Of a stretch of DNA of 64,000 nt, positions 34,212 through 45,400 are shown piece after piece (position 1 is the stretch's first letter; each line of letters opens with the position of its first letter). The position numbers and the translations under genes were made by a program. Below the pieces are notes generated by a model, which saw nothing but the letters and a program-made list of their open reading frames with translations, made no database searches and was not told where the DNA came from. This stretch comes from an uncultured bacterium (GTDB lineage Bacteria; Patescibacteriota; Minisyncoccia; Phycocordibacterales; UBA9973): contig CALCZP010000002.1 of assembly GCA_937903035.1 (NCBI GenBank), positions 20,739 to 84,738 of the forward strand. Reading direction: 5' to 3'.

Positions 34212-35417
34212 ATGTTTTTCAAGCATTTTTTCAAATCCGTCAAGTCTGCTGCTAGGGTGTACCTCGACTACGCCTCAAGTACGCCAGTTGACTATAAGAT
34301 GCTGGAAACATTTCCTGTGCTGCCACCACATATTTTGGCTGCAAATCCGAGTGCACTTCATCATGCGGGAGTTCATGCGAGACGTGCGATTGAAAGTGTG
34401 CGAGACGTCATAGCGCAAGCAATCGATGCGCATACTGACGAAATCACCTTCACCTCAGGCGCGACCGAGTCTAACAACATGGCGCTCATGGGATTTGTGA
34501 CTGCATGCCAAGAAAAAGGATTGCAGATGAGTGAAATAGCAGTCTTTGTGAGTGAGTATGAGCATGCGAGTATTCTCGAATGTGCAGCTGCGCTTGCGAA
34601 ACGTGGTGTACAGGTGACAAAGCTTACAAGTGTGCCAGTACTTGATCCCAAAGATATTAGTGTTCCACCACATATAAAAGCAGTGCTTGTATCAGTAATG
34701 TATGTAAATAATGAGGTTGGTACGATCCTTCCAATCAAGGATATTGCCAAGCGTGTTCGCAAACTTCGCAAAGAATATCCTGATGTCACCATTGTATTGC
34801 ACACTGATGCCACACAGGCGCCACTCTATATTGATCTCGGTGTGCCACAACTCGGTATCGATATGATGACGCTCGGTGCGACCAAGCTCTACTGTCCGAA
34901 AGGTGTGGGTATGCTTTATGTGAGACGAGGAATTACTATCGCACCACTCATGTATGGCGGCGGACAAGAAAAGGGAAAGCGCCCAGGGACAGAAGCACTG
35001 TCGCTCGTGCACGCATTTGCGCACGCGCTTGCATACGCACAGTCACATGTCGATGATGCATACGAAGTCATCGCGGGGCTCCAAGAATATTTTGAAGAGC
35101 TCGTTCAAGAAACATTTCCTGGTGTAGGTATTACGCTCCAAGAATACGATCGCGCGCCGCATATCAGTCATGTTGCCATTAAAGGATTTGACAGTGAGCT
35201 ACTTGTCATTGAGCTTGATGCACGAGGCATTGCAGTGTCATCCAAAAGTGCGTGTAAAAACGAAGAAGGAAATGAATCAGCTATTGTCGAATCTATCTAT
35301 GGTCCAAATGTCGGTGCGGTTCGGTTTTCATTTGGGAGAATGACGACAAGAAAGGATATCGATAGGGCAGTAAATGCGCTGCAATCCGTGATACGCAAAT
35401 ATTATGTTTCAGAGTAG
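34212..35417 (+). CDS. cysteine desulfurase / class V aminotransferase (NifS/IscS-like)
   Basis: YLDYASSTPVD, SGATESNN, and a conserved PLP-lysine region. 401 aa. Confidence 0.8.
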   Translation: MFFKHFFKSVKSAARVYLDYASSTPVDYKMLETFPVLPPHILAANPSALHHAGVHARRAIESVRDVIAQAIDAHTDEITFTSGATESNNMALMGFVTACQEKGLQMSEIAVFVSEYEHASILECAAALAKRGVQVTKLTSVPVLDPKDISVPPHIKAVLVSVMYVNNEVGTILPIKDIAKRVRKLRKEYPDVTIVLHTDATQAPLYIDLGVPQLGIDMMTLGATKLYCPKGVGMLYVRRGITIAPLMYGGGQEKGKRPGTEALSLVHAFAHALAYAQSHVDDAYEVIAGLQEYFEELVQETFPGVGITLQEYDRAPHISHVAIKGFDSELLVIELDARGIAVSSKSACKNEEGNESAIVESIYGPNVGAVRFSFGRMTTRKDIDRAVNALQSVIRKYYVSE

Positions 35418-35522
35418 AAAACCTTGACGCATATGATATAGTGAAAATATACCGATTTGCTGCCCGATAGACCCTTCCAGATCACCTGATTTCTTTATCC
35501 GATTAGCTTCTCTATATGACTC

Positions 35523-38231
35523 ATGACACCACCACTAGGAAAATTTACAACCAAAGCCAAAGAGACGATTAAACGCTCACACGAGCTTGCGATTGAGCGC
35601 GGACAAAACAATGTCAATGCGCTTCATTTGCTTGCAGCACTTTTGATCCAGGAAGAGTCCAATGTGATCACACTCCTTGATCGCATGGATATTGATAGTA
35701 TCCTCCTCACCGACTCGATCCTTGAGGCTATTGAAAATGCTGAAGGACAGACGACCGTTGCGCCCTCATACCAGATGTTTCTTACTGCCGATCTCGCGCA
35801 GGTGATTGAACATGCGCTCAAGGTTGCAACCGAGCTCAAGGATAACTTTGTTTCAACAGAGCACCTCTTTATCGCACTCCTTGATATCAAGAACCAGGCG
35901 AGTGAGCTCCTCTCACAGTTCAACATAAACCGCAAAGAGCTCGTCCAGACAGCGCTTGAATACCGCAACAACAAAGGTGCTGACAGTGCTCCTGACAAAA
36001 AGATGCGCATGCTCTCAAAGTTCACGCGCAATCTCACCAAGCTCGCTAAGGAAGATAAACTCGATCCAGTAATAGGTCGTGATGCAGAAATCATGCGCAT
36101 CATGCAGATCATTTCTCGTCGCACCAAAAACAACCCGATCCTTATTGGTGAGCCAGGTACAGGAAAGACTGCGGTGGTAGAGGGGCTTGCAAATCGGATT
36201 GCAAAAGGTGATGTGTCAGAGTCATTGAAAGATAAAGAAATCGTCTCACTTGATATTGGATCACTCCTTGCAGGGACAAAATATCGCGGTGAGTTTGAAG
36301 ATCGACTTCGTACTATTCTCAAGGAAGTTGAGCGTGCTGAAGGTAAGATCATTCTCTTTATTGATGAGATTCACACTATAGTAGGAGCGGGAAGTGCAGG
36401 TGATGGGACAGTCGATATGGCCAACATGCTCAAGCCAGCGCTTGCACGCGGTGAACTCCGTGCCGTTGGCGCAACAACACTTAAGGAATACCAAAAGCAT
36501 ATTGAAAAAGACCAAGCACTTGCTCGTCGTTTTCAGCCAGTCTTTATCGAGGAATCTACCGTTGAAGATGCTGTCGCAATCCTTCGTGGGCTCAAAGAAA
36601 AGTACGAGCTCTATCATGGAGTACATATCACTGATGATGCGATTATTGCTGCGGTGACGCTGTCGAGTCGTTATATTACGAGCAGATTCTTGCCAGATAA
36701 GGCAATTGATCTTCTCGACGAAGCATGTTCTGCACTTCGTATGGTACTTGAAAACAAACCGGTTGTACTCGAAGAAGCGCATCGTCGCATTATGCGATTG
36801 GAGATTGAACGTGAGGCCCTCAATAAAGATGTCGACAAAGAGTTTGATACTCGCACCGCAAAGTCTCGTATCAAGGATATTGATGCAGAGATTGCAAACG
36901 TGAATGAAAAGACCAAAGAGCTCGATATGAAATGGCGTACAGAGAAAGGGCTCCTCAACGACATGGCAAAGATCAAAAAAGATCTTGAGCTCCTTCGTCT
37001 CGAAGCGGAAGGCGCAGAGCAGCGTGCAGATCTCGGGCGCGCAGCAGAGATTCGCTATGGTCATATTCCGATGCTTCAAAAAGATCTCACCGCAAAGATG
37101 GATCGTCTCAAAAAGATGCAAAAGGTTCGTCGTGTACTGAAAGAGGAAATCACTCCTGAGGATATTGCAGAGGTTGTAGCTCGCTGGACTGGTGTGCCAC
37201 TCACCAAGATGCTTGAAGAAGAACGTGAAAAGCTTATCAATATGCAAGCAGAGCTTCATAAGCGTGTAGTAGGGCAAGAAGAAGCGATCGACAAAATTAC
37301 CCACGTGATTCGTCGCAACCGTGCAGGTATTGGCGACCCCAACCGCCCGATTGGTTCATTTCTATTCTTGGGCCCGACTGGTGTTGGTAAGACAGAACTT
37401 ACCAAAACGCTTGCTGAGTTCATGTTCAACGACGACAAGGCACTCATCCGTGTCGATATGAGTGAGTACATGGAGCGTCACAGTGTGTCCAAGCTCATTG
37501 GATCACCACCAGGCTATGTAGGACATGATGAAAGTGGTCAGCTTACTGAAGCAGTGCGTCATCGTCCGTATGCAGTTGTGCTCTTTGATGAAGTTGAGAA
37601 GGCACATCCAGAAGTCTTTAATGTTCTACTCCAAGTGCTCGATGAGGGGCATCTCACTGATGCAAAGGGGCGCAAGGTGAACTTTAAAAATACCGTCATT
37701 ATTATGACGTCAAATATCGGCTCACAGTTTGTGCAAAAAATGGAAACGATTGGCTTTCATACAAACAGTCAGGCCACTGAATATTTCCATATGAAAGAGA
37801 AAGTCGAAGGTGCACTCAAGGACTATTTCCGTCCCGAATTCCTCAACCGCATTGACGAAACCGTTGTATTTGATATCCTCTCCGAGGCTGCGATCAAACA
37901 GATCGTGAAGCTTCGCATTGAGACCGTGCTTGCGCGTTTGCGTGAAAAGGGGATCGAAGTGACGGTCGCGGACGATGCACTTTCTCATCTGGCATCTGTC
38001 GGGTATAATCCTCACTACGGGGCTCGTCCCCTCAATCGTTTGATTCAGACCAAGATTCTGAATCCGATTGCGGAGCGGATTATTTCTCGGACGATCGCCG
38101 AGGGAGACACTGCTCACGTTTCGATGCAGGGTGATGATATTGTCATCACGACGCAATCAATAAAAAAGAAACGTACACCTAGTTCTTTTGATCGGTCTGT
38201 GACAAAGGGAACCAAAGTTTCTAAGTCATAA
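35523..38231 (+). CDS. clpB: ATP-dependent chaperone ClpB (two AAA+ NBDs with a long coiled-coil middle domain)
   Basis: Two Walker A motifs ([16 protein letters not shown]), a ~120-aa coiled coil between NBD1 and NBD2, and an N-terminal Clp_N repeat. Confidence 0.9.
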   Translation: MTPPLGKFTTKAKETIKRSHELAIERGQNNVNALHLLAALLIQEESNVITLLDRMDIDSILLTDSILEAIENAEGQTTVAPSYQMFLTADLAQVIEHALKVATELKDNFVSTEHLFIALLDIKNQASELLSQFNINRKELVQTALEYRNNKGADSAPDKKMRMLSKFTRNLTKLAKEDKLDPVIGRDAEIMRIMQIISRRTKNNPILIGEPGTGKTAVVEGLANRIAKGDVSESLKDKEIVSLDIGSLLAGTKYRGEFEDRLRTILKEVERAEGKIILFIDEIHTIVGAGSAGDGTVDMANMLKPALARGELRAVGATTLKEYQKHIEKDQALARRFQPVFIEESTVEDAVAILRGLKEKYELYHGVHITDDAIIAAVTLSSRYITSRFLPDKAIDLLDEACSALRMVLENKPVVLEEAHRRIMRLEIEREALNKDVDKEFDTRTAKSRIKDIDAEIANVNEKTKELDMKWRTEKGLLNDMAKIKKDLELLRLEAEGAEQRADLGRAAEIRYGHIPMLQKDLTAKMDRLKKMQKVRRVLKEEITPEDIAEVVARWTGVPLTKMLEEEREKLINMQAELHKRVVGQEEAIDKITHVIRRNRAGIGDPNRPIGSFLFLGPTGVGKTELTKTLAEFMFNDDKALIRVDMSEYMERHSVSKLIGSPPGYVGHDESGQLTEAVRHRPYAVVLFDEVEKAHPEVFNVLLQVLDEGHLTDAKGRKVNFKNTVIIMTSNIGSQFVQKMETIGFHTNSQATEYFHMKEKVEGALKDYFRPEFLNRIDETVVFDILSEAAIKQIVKLRIETVLARLREKGIEVTVADDALSHLASVGYNPHYGARPLNRLIQTKILNPIAERIISRTIAEGDTAHVSMQGDDIVITTQSIKKKRTPSSFDRSVTKGTKVSKS

Positions 38232-38259
38232 GACTTTCCGCTGCAATCCGCAGCGGCAC

Positions 38260-38342
38260 GCGTCGATGGTAGAGTGGTCAATTACATCAGACTGTAAATC
38301 TGACGCCTTCGGGCTACGCAGGTTCAAATCCTGCTCGGCGCA
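38260..38342 (+). tRNA. tRNA-Tyr (anticodon GUA), class II
   Basis: GCGTCGA/TCGGCGC acceptor stem (one G-U), 3-bp D-stem, anticodon stem TCAGA/TCTGA with loop CTGTAAA, variable hairpin, T-arm GCAGG-TTCAAAT-CCTGC. Confidence 0.75.
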
Positions 38343-38348
38343 CCCCAA

Positions 38349-38384
38349 CAAAACAACCTCACAAAAAGTGAGGTTGTTTTGTTG
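38349..38384 (+). terminator. Terminator hairpin ACAACCTCAC-AAAAA-GTGAGGTTGT plus TTTTG
   Basis: 10-bp perfect stem. Confidence 0.55.
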
Positions 38385-38455
38385 TGTGATTAAGTGCAAA
38401 TGATTGACATTTTATTAAAAATATGATATTATAAAAACAAATAAAACACAGTATC

Positions 38456-38581
38456 ATGAAAAAAATATTTGTTGCCGTTATGGCTATTACATTTGTTTCT
38501 ATGTTCACTAGTTGTACTGGAGAAAAAGGTATCATTGCTTTTGGAAAAGAGATAAAAGGTACTTGCCCTAATACAAAATAG
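38456..38581 (+). CDS. small lipoprotein (41 aa; lipobox FTSC)
   Basis: MKKIFVAVMAITFVSMFTSC signal with a lipobox, followed by a terminator at 38596-38630. Below the ORF-track cutoff. Confidence 0.4.
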   Translation: MKKIFVAVMAITFVSMFTSCTGEKGIIAFGKEIKGTCPNTK

Positions 38582-38595
38582 AAATACAAAATAAT

Positions 38596-38630
38596 AAAAC
38601 CCTTCTGTTTTACTGAAGGGTTTATTTTTT
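38596..38630 (+). terminator. Terminator hairpin AAAACCCTT...AAGGGTTT plus ATTTTTT
   Basis: Read directly. Confidence 0.5.
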
Positions 38631-38769
38631 ATATTGATGCAGCTATTGTTTAGATATTTGATGAAATCATAGAATCACTAAAAATGTGCAATTAAATCTT
38701 CTATATATCTCTCTCTAATTTTGCTTACTCCTACCAAAATCAGATTATTTGTGGCACTATAGATCTCAT

Positions 38770-39513
38770 ATGGCAATCAAAGACGACAAAGTATACCTCT
38801 ATGGCAAGCACGCACTTCGTGAGGCACTCATTGCAAAACCTCACATTATCCAAAAGGTGTTTCTTGACGCCAATGCTGAAAATGATGGAGAACTTGTGAA
38901 GCTGCTGCGAACACACGGTATTTCGATGAGTGCAATGAAAGGTGATCCGAAGCAAAAGGCAGGGGAAGATGCGGTGCATCAGGGTGTGATTGCGGTGATT
39001 GATACAGAGAAGTTGTACGTACCATTTGATGAGTCAATGAAGTCTATTCAGGCCAAGACGAATCCGTGTATTGTCCTGTTGGATGAGCTTCATGATCCGC
39101 ATAACGTTGGTGCAATCATCCGTAGTGCAGCAGCGTTTGGTGCTGATCTTATCTTGCTTCCTGAACATAACCAATCTCCAATCACGGGTACCGTTATCAA
39201 AACCTCTGCGGGTATGGCATTTCGTATTCCGATCGTTCGTATCGGCAATGTGAATCAGACGATGCGTAAACTCAAGGATGACTATCGTTTTTGGGCGTAT
39301 GGGCTTGTGATGAATGGAGATACGTCACTTCCAAAAGCTGAGTTTGATACACCAACACTTTTTGTAGTAGGAAATGAGTCCACTGGTATCCGTGAAAAGA
39401 CCCTTGAGCTCTGTGACGTGAAGCTCTCGATCCCGATGGATCCTGGATGTGAATCACTCAACGCATCAGTTGCAGTATCGGTGGTGCTGTACGAACGGTT
39501 TCGATCTCTATAA
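38770..39513 (+). CDS. rlmB: 23S rRNA 2'-O-ribose methyltransferase, SpoU/TrmH family (RlmB-like)
   Basis: N-terminal MAIKDDKVYLYGKHALREAL, and a SPOUT C-terminal domain (NVGAIIRSAAAFG, VVGNESTGI). Start trimmed from 38749. Confidence 0.8.
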   Translation: MAIKDDKVYLYGKHALREALIAKPHIIQKVFLDANAENDGELVKLLRTHGISMSAMKGDPKQKAGEDAVHQGVIAVIDTEKLYVPFDESMKSIQAKTNPCIVLLDELHDPHNVGAIIRSAAAFGADLILLPEHNQSPITGTVIKTSAGMAFRIPIVRIGNVNQTMRKLKDDYRFWAYGLVMNGDTSLPKAEFDTPTLFVVGNESTGIREKTLELCDVKLSIPMDPGCESLNASVAVSVVLYERFRSL

Positions 39514-39515
39514 AA

Positions 39516-39551
39516 TAAAACCCTTATTTCAATTATGAAATAAGGGTTTTT
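39516..39551 (+). terminator. Terminator hairpin AAAACCCTTATTTC...GAAATAAGGGTTTTT
   Basis: 13-bp stem plus a T-run. Confidence 0.55.
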
Positions 39552-39572
39552 AATCTGGCTTACTCAAAAAAC

Positions 39573-39857
39573 TTAGATACGCTCTACTATTTTTGGAACT
39601 ATCTTAAGGTATAAAACAATAAAGATCACCAGCTCTAGAAAAAGAGCGGTTGGTAGTGCATCTCTTTCTATAAAAAAAGAGATTGACTTTGTGTTGAATA
39701 CAAGTGATACGAGGTAAATACCAAGTACAAGAAAATCGTTGATACTGCCATTGAGATCACAAAGCAGTTTGTGAAACCCACCACTAATTTCTATTTGTGC
39801 GAGCATTAGGATCATGGTGAGGAATGTGGCTACTAAAATGAGCAGTTGTAGTTTCAT
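39573..39857 (-). CDS. small membrane protein (94 aa)
   Basis: Three hydrophobic helices; AT-rich. Confidence 0.4.
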   Translation of the reverse strand: MKLQLLILVATFLTMILMLAQIEISGGFHKLLCDLNGSINDFLVLGIYLVSLVFNTKSISFFIERDALPTALFLELVIFIVLYLKIVPKIVERI

Positions 39858-39913
39858 ATGCTTTTGTTTTTTACAACCTTATCACTTCCGTGTCTTTTGT
39901 CAAAAAGACCACC

Positions 39914-40291
39914 TTAGTTGTGGTGGTCTTGTTTAATCGGGCGATTGGGGCGTTTTCTACAATAGATTGCAGCAAATACGATACTTGTAGTTACGATTGT
40001 ACCTACAATTGCGGTTGGGATATCTACTTCTTCAAAGCTTTTATGAATGACGTATATTATGCAGCTTGCTTGGATGACATAACATGGCAAAAACCATTTG
40101 ATATGCTTTTTAATAAGCACTCTCTCACATACATATGTCGGCTTCTCCCACAGTCCTGCTTTGGTTGTTGCGATTTCTAGTAATGAGTCCCATGCAATCA
40201 AAAAAGCGACTACTGCCCCGATACTGCATAGAATGAAAAGTATCATAAGGTGAGTTTTTTTAAATCCTACTGTATCTGTAGCCTTTGTCAA
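39914..40291 (-). CDS. small membrane protein (125 aa)
   Basis: Hydrophobic helices. Confidence 0.4.
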   Translation of the reverse strand: MTKATDTVGFKKTHLMILFILCSIGAVVAFLIAWDSLLEIATTKAGLWEKPTYVCERVLIKKHIKWFLPCYVIQASCIIYVIHKSFEEVDIPTAIVGTIVTTSIVFAAIYCRKRPNRPIKQDHHN

Positions 40292-40319
40292 TAAAGGCTT
40301 TGTTTGGTAGGATGAGGCA

Positions 40320-41693
40320 ATGGAATCATCTCAAAAAGTCGTTACGCGCTTTGCGCCAAGTCCGACAGGGCATATGCATACTGGTAGTTATCGTACCGCC
40401 TTTTTTGCATATTTGTTTGCCAAGAAACATGGTGGCAAATTCATTCTCCGCATCGAGGATACTGACAAGGAGCGATCAAAAGAAGAATATACCCAAGAAA
40501 TATTGAATGTATTTGAAACGATCGGTATTTCCTATGACGAGCGATACATTCAGTCAGAGCATGTTGAGCGTCACAAGGCACTGCTTGAAAAACTTATCAA
40601 AGATGACAAGGCATATATATCAAAAGAAGAAGCAAAGGATGGCTCTGGTGTTGTCAAGGATATTATTCGATTTCGCAATCCGAACAAAGTTGTGACCTTT
40701 GTCGATTTGGTGCGCGGATCAATTTCAACCGACACGACTGATCTTGGTGATTTTGTTATTGCTAAAAACTTGAACGAACCACTCTTTCATTTGGCTGTTG
40801 TTGTTGATGATCATGATGAGGGGGTGACACATGTGATCCGCGCAGAGGAGCATATTGCCAATACCCCGCGTCAGATTTTGATTCATGAAGCACTGGGATT
40901 TGATATTCCTTCATATGCGCATTTGCCACTTGTGCTTGCACCCGACAAAACAAAGATGTCCAAGAGAAAAGGAGCGGTGCCTGTGGTTGAATACTTGGAG
41001 CGTGGGTATCTCCCTGCTGCACTTTTGAATGCAATCTGTCTTTGTGGATGGAATCCTGGTACTGAACAGGAGCTTTTCACCCGTGCAGAACTTGAGGCAA
41101 CATTTGATCTCGACAAGGTGCAAAAGGCGGGAGCGGTATTTAACGAAGAAAAGCTCGACTGGTTTAATCGCGAATATATAAAGAAACTTTCACTTGAAGA
41201 ATTTTGGGGTCATGCACACCATGGACTCTTTGGCAGTATTGTCGACAATGTTCCAGAGAATCACGAGATGCTCAAAAAGCTTGAGCCACTGATTCGTGAA
41301 CGGATGGTGAAGTTTAGTGATATGCAGACATTCTTTGGTCGTGCTGATGGATCGACGGTGGGTGAGTTTGATTACTTCTTCAAAGATCCGGTAGTTGATG
41401 AATCAATGCTTGTATGGAAAGCACTCAAGGATGATGCTGAAGGTTTGAGCAAGACAAAAGAGTATTTGCGTGAAGTAGTGTCTCGTCTCGAAACTATTGA
41501 TGATGCGTCATGGACTCATGAGAGCATTAAGACAGCTATCGCGCCTTATGCGCAGGAGATGGGGAACGGTAATGTCCTCTGGCCAACCCGTGTCGCACTC
41601 TCTGGTCGCGACAAGTCTCCTGATCCATTTGAGCTTGCAAGCATTCTTGGGAAGGAAACGACTCTCAAGCGTTTGCAAAAGATAATTCGATAA
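40320..41693 (+). CDS. gltX: glutamyl-tRNA synthetase
   Basis: HIGH-like motif (PSPTGHMHTG) and KMSKS (KMSKRKG). 457 aa. Confidence 0.9.
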   Translation: MESSQKVVTRFAPSPTGHMHTGSYRTAFFAYLFAKKHGGKFILRIEDTDKERSKEEYTQEILNVFETIGISYDERYIQSEHVERHKALLEKLIKDDKAYISKEEAKDGSGVVKDIIRFRNPNKVVTFVDLVRGSISTDTTDLGDFVIAKNLNEPLFHLAVVVDDHDEGVTHVIRAEEHIANTPRQILIHEALGFDIPSYAHLPLVLAPDKTKMSKRKGAVPVVEYLERGYLPAALLNAICLCGWNPGTEQELFTRAELEATFDLDKVQKAGAVFNEEKLDWFNREYIKKLSLEEFWGHAHHGLFGSIVDNVPENHEMLKKLEPLIRERMVKFSDMQTFFGRADGSTVGEFDYFFKDPVVDESMLVWKALKDDAEGLSKTKEYLREVVSRLETIDDASWTHESIKTAIAPYAQEMGNGNVLWPTRVALSGRDKSPDPFELASILGKETTLKRLQKIIR

Positions 41694-41696
41694 ATA

Positions 41697-41727
41697 AAAA
41701 AGCCGAAACGAATATCGTTTCGGCTTT
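41697..41727 (+). terminator. Terminator hairpin AAAAGCCGAAACGA-ATA-TCGTTTCGGCTTTT
   Basis: Perfect stem plus a T-run. Confidence 0.6.
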
Positions 41728-41745
41728 TAGGATGAGATGCTCTTG

Positions 41746-42138
41746 TTAGTGAAGAAGTATTTCCAATACTTCTTTTTTTGCTAAAAAATACAGATTGTAA
41801 TGTTGTGCAGAAGAAAGTTCTTCACCTTGATCAAGAAAGATTTTTTGGCCACCATATTCTAGTGGTACGGTCAGGAGTATTTTTCTTGGAATATACCCAA
41901 GAATTTTGTTCTTGGTGTCTACTTTCTCAATCCAAACAACATTGTCTGGATTAAGGTTTTCAGCCTCAAGTTCGCTCAATTGCTCAAAACAATTTCGGAT
42001 TTCTCCGTTGTCTAGTTTTTTACGTTTGTGAAAATACAATACTTCTTGTGATGGGATAGTTCCAACTACTGTAACTGCTTTCATAAATAAAAAGAATTTA
42101 ATTTTTCTCAATACTACATTTATATTTCGTTTTGTCAA
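41746..42138 (-). CDS. hypothetical protein (130 aa)
   Basis: ORF only. Confidence 0.4.
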   Translation of the reverse strand: MTKRNINVVLRKIKFFLFMKAVTVVGTIPSQEVLYFHKRKKLDNGEIRNCFEQLSELEAENLNPDNVVWIEKVDTKNKILGYIPRKILLTVPLEYGGQKIFLDQGEELSSAQHYNLYFLAKKEVLEILLH

Positions 42139-42177
42139 AAAAATCCCTTCATAGTGCTATGAAGGGAAAGATGTGTA

Positions 42178-42390
42178 TTATTTTCCTTTTCTCTTGCTTT
42201 CTTTGAAGTTTTTGCCTTCAACGAGTAATTTATAACCAAATGGATCAGGTACCATACTTTTGTTTTTACCAATGTCGTATGGCGATGGTTTCTTTGGTGA
42301 CATGTACTTCTGTATGCTGAATAGATCAGCAAAAAAAGTACGAAGAAATATAAAAGGCATTTTGATAATACTCAGACATATTTTTTTCAT
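42178..42390 (-). CDS. small hypothetical protein (70 aa)
   Basis: ORF only; basic C-terminus. Confidence 0.25.
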   Translation of the reverse strand: MKKICLSIIKMPFIFLRTFFADLFSIQKYMSPKKPSPYDIGKNKSMVPDPFGYKLLVEGKNFKESKRKGK

Positions 42391-42493
42391 AGTGTTGTTT
42401 TGATTTATTGTACATTATATATAAATATTGTCAAATAATGTGATGAAATATGTCTTTATAATTATTTGATGTTCTAATCAATATAGTTGTAGC

Positions 42494-45400
42494 ATGAAGC
42501 AAACAAGTAGTATGTTGATCGTTGTGTATGTACTTTTAAGTGTGACAACTTGTTTTGCTGATACTACTATTAGTGACGATATAGTAGTCGATACGATCTG
42601 GGGTTCAAATGAAAGTGTGTATGTTATTGATCGCAATATTTCAGTAGCCGATACTAGTACATTGACAATACTTCCTGGTGTTACGATTCTGATGGATGAA
42701 GGTGTAGCGATCACAGTCAAAGGTACACTTGCTGCGCAAGGTATTCCTGAATCTACTATACGTGTTACAGGAAAGACAATCACAAGTCATGTACTTGCTC
42801 CACCACCTGAACCAGCTGAAGGAGAAGTATTATCAGAAGAAGTTGAGCCAGTATATATCGACGAAGTTACAACGCTACTCCCAAAAGGATTTGTTTTTGA
42901 GCCCGGATCACGTGGAGTACTGAGCTATATTTCTATCGATCATGCAACTGATCCGATTGAGGGTATTGATGCGAGTATTGCTATTGATAATGCAATACTC
43001 GCTGATGCAATCACTGGTATTCATCTCACTGGTGGCGTACTATCGGTGCTCAATACCTTGTTTATGAGTATTGTTGTTCCTGCTAAGATTGGACTTAGTG
43101 TCGACTTTTCGCATGACAATAATACATTTACCGATACACAATATCCTGGATGGAATTTCTTTGGGGATGGGTATAACCAGGATGTGCATCTTGTGGCAGG
43201 AGATGGTGTATATATTCTCTCAAGCTCACTCTCGATTGCGGCGGAGCACAGTATTACGATTGATCCAGGTGCAACACTCCTGCTTGCAAATAATGTGTCG
43301 GTGAACGTTTATGGTAAGCTCACCGCACAAGGCACTGCCGATGAACCGATTGCGATTGCGCCGCTTTTACCAACTATGCGAAGTAGTGTATTCGTCATGT
43401 CGGACGATCCGATAGTATTTGAACACGTGAACTATTCGCTCGGTGAAGAATTATTTTTTGCTCAGACAAACCATATCACTATTGCACATAGTACATTTGT
43501 GAAAAGTCCTGTCGCAGGATTTGCAAGTACTGCTCGCATTTCCGATACAACTTTTTCTGACCTACCCAATGATGCTGCACTGAGTTTTTGGGGTAATGCA
43601 AAAGTAGAAGGAGATCATATAACTATTCATACTGTCGATACCGGAATCGAGATCTTTAATGAGAGTTCACTTGTGTTGAGTAATGCAGATGTCACCGATA
43701 CCTATAATGGTATTCAAATCTTTGGTGCAAGTACTGCAGCTATATCCCATAGTCATATCACTCAAAGTGAAAATACAGGTATTGCTATCTATAACACGGA
43801 GATGTTGGCGAGTAAGATCACTGTCTCCTACAGTGAGATTGCACACACAGACTATGGAATGTTCATCACCTATCAAAAGCCTGGTGATATAGCAGTAGCG
43901 CGCACTAGCTTTCATGATAATACTGTTGCAGTGTTTGTAACTGAGTCAACAGTTATTGACCTTTCAAATAATTGGTGGGGAAGCGATACGGGGCCTAGGA
44001 TCGATGCAAATCCTGGAGGTGTCGGAGATGAGGTTGATGGCCCTATCACTGTGACTCCATGGCTCAAGTCTGATCCAGTGCTTGGCAATGATCCAGTCAT
44101 TATTGTGCCCGGTATTAATGGAACCAGGTTACTTGAGGGTGATGAAGAGGTCTGGCCGCGACAACTCTCACTCCTCCTGAGTCCATTTGATACTTATCTC
44201 AATAGCTTGAAACTATTGGTAACAGGAGAAGTTGACCCAGCGCATAATATCGCAGTTGGAGATATTATTCGCGATGTGCCAGGGAGTGATATTTTCCAAG
44301 GATTGATTACAGAACTTATAAAAAACGGGTATCAAGAAGGGGTTGATCTCTTTGTACTGCCGTATGACTGGCGACTGAGTAATACCGTTAACGCACCACT
44401 TTTGAAAGCAAGGATTGATGAAGCACTACGCAAAAGCGGCAAGGAAAAAGTCGACATTGTCGCGCACAGTATGGGCGGTGTCCTGGCAAAAGAATATATT
44501 GCAACGTTCGGCAAAGGTAGTGTTGATCAGCTCATATTTGTAGGTACTCCTCATCTCGGTGCGCCAAAAGCGTATAAGGCATTGATGTATGGAGATGATA
44601 TGGGTATTACAAAATTTGGTATATCACTTTTGAGTCAGCAAAGAATAAAATCTATTTCTCAAAACATGTCATCTATGTTTGAACTATTGCCAAGTCAGCA
44701 GTATGTCGCTCAGCATGGCTCGTATGTTAAAGACGAGGTAGGTGACTACGTGGCATCTGATCGTACCGATCGATGGCTCAATTATGACGAGACCAAAGAC
44801 TTCATGGCGCGCCAAGGCCGAAATACTGCACTCTTTCCGGTTGCCGAGGATGTGCATATGCGTACCGACAACATCGATCTCTCTGACATCAGAACAACTA
44901 ATATTGTGGGATGTGGTACTGGTGCATTGTCGTCAATCTCCATGACGAGAGGATGGAGCTTCAAGCCGCTCGGCATACCACTCGTGAATGACATTGATAT
45001 CGGCTACGCGATCGGGGATGGGACGGTGCCGGTCGCAAGTGCAAAGCTTGATACGAGTGATAGTCAGTATTTCAGCACAGTTGGTACGCATGGATCATTG
45101 CCTTCCATTCCGCAAATACGAGAAGGGATTGTAGCATTGCTGATCGGTAGGCATCCTGTCGTATCGCATGAATTTTCAACCAATGGCAGGAACTGTATCG
45201 AAGGTGGAACGATTATCGGCATCCATAGTCCGGTGACGCTTGATATCTATGATGAGGATTGGCGACATGCAGGTCCTGATGCTGCGGGTGTACTAGAAGA
45301 ACACATCCCGGGGGTCACATACGACATGTTCGGTGACAAGAAATTCGCATTTCTCCCGATGGGTGCAACGTATCGTGTAGTCAACCATGCCGAAGGTTTG

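Noticed and set aside
35624-38156. Long antisense ORFs (up to 347 aa) within clpB
   Set aside because: The ClpB frame is continuous with both Walker motifs. The antisense frames are open by chance in this coiled-coil-rich, codon-biased gene.
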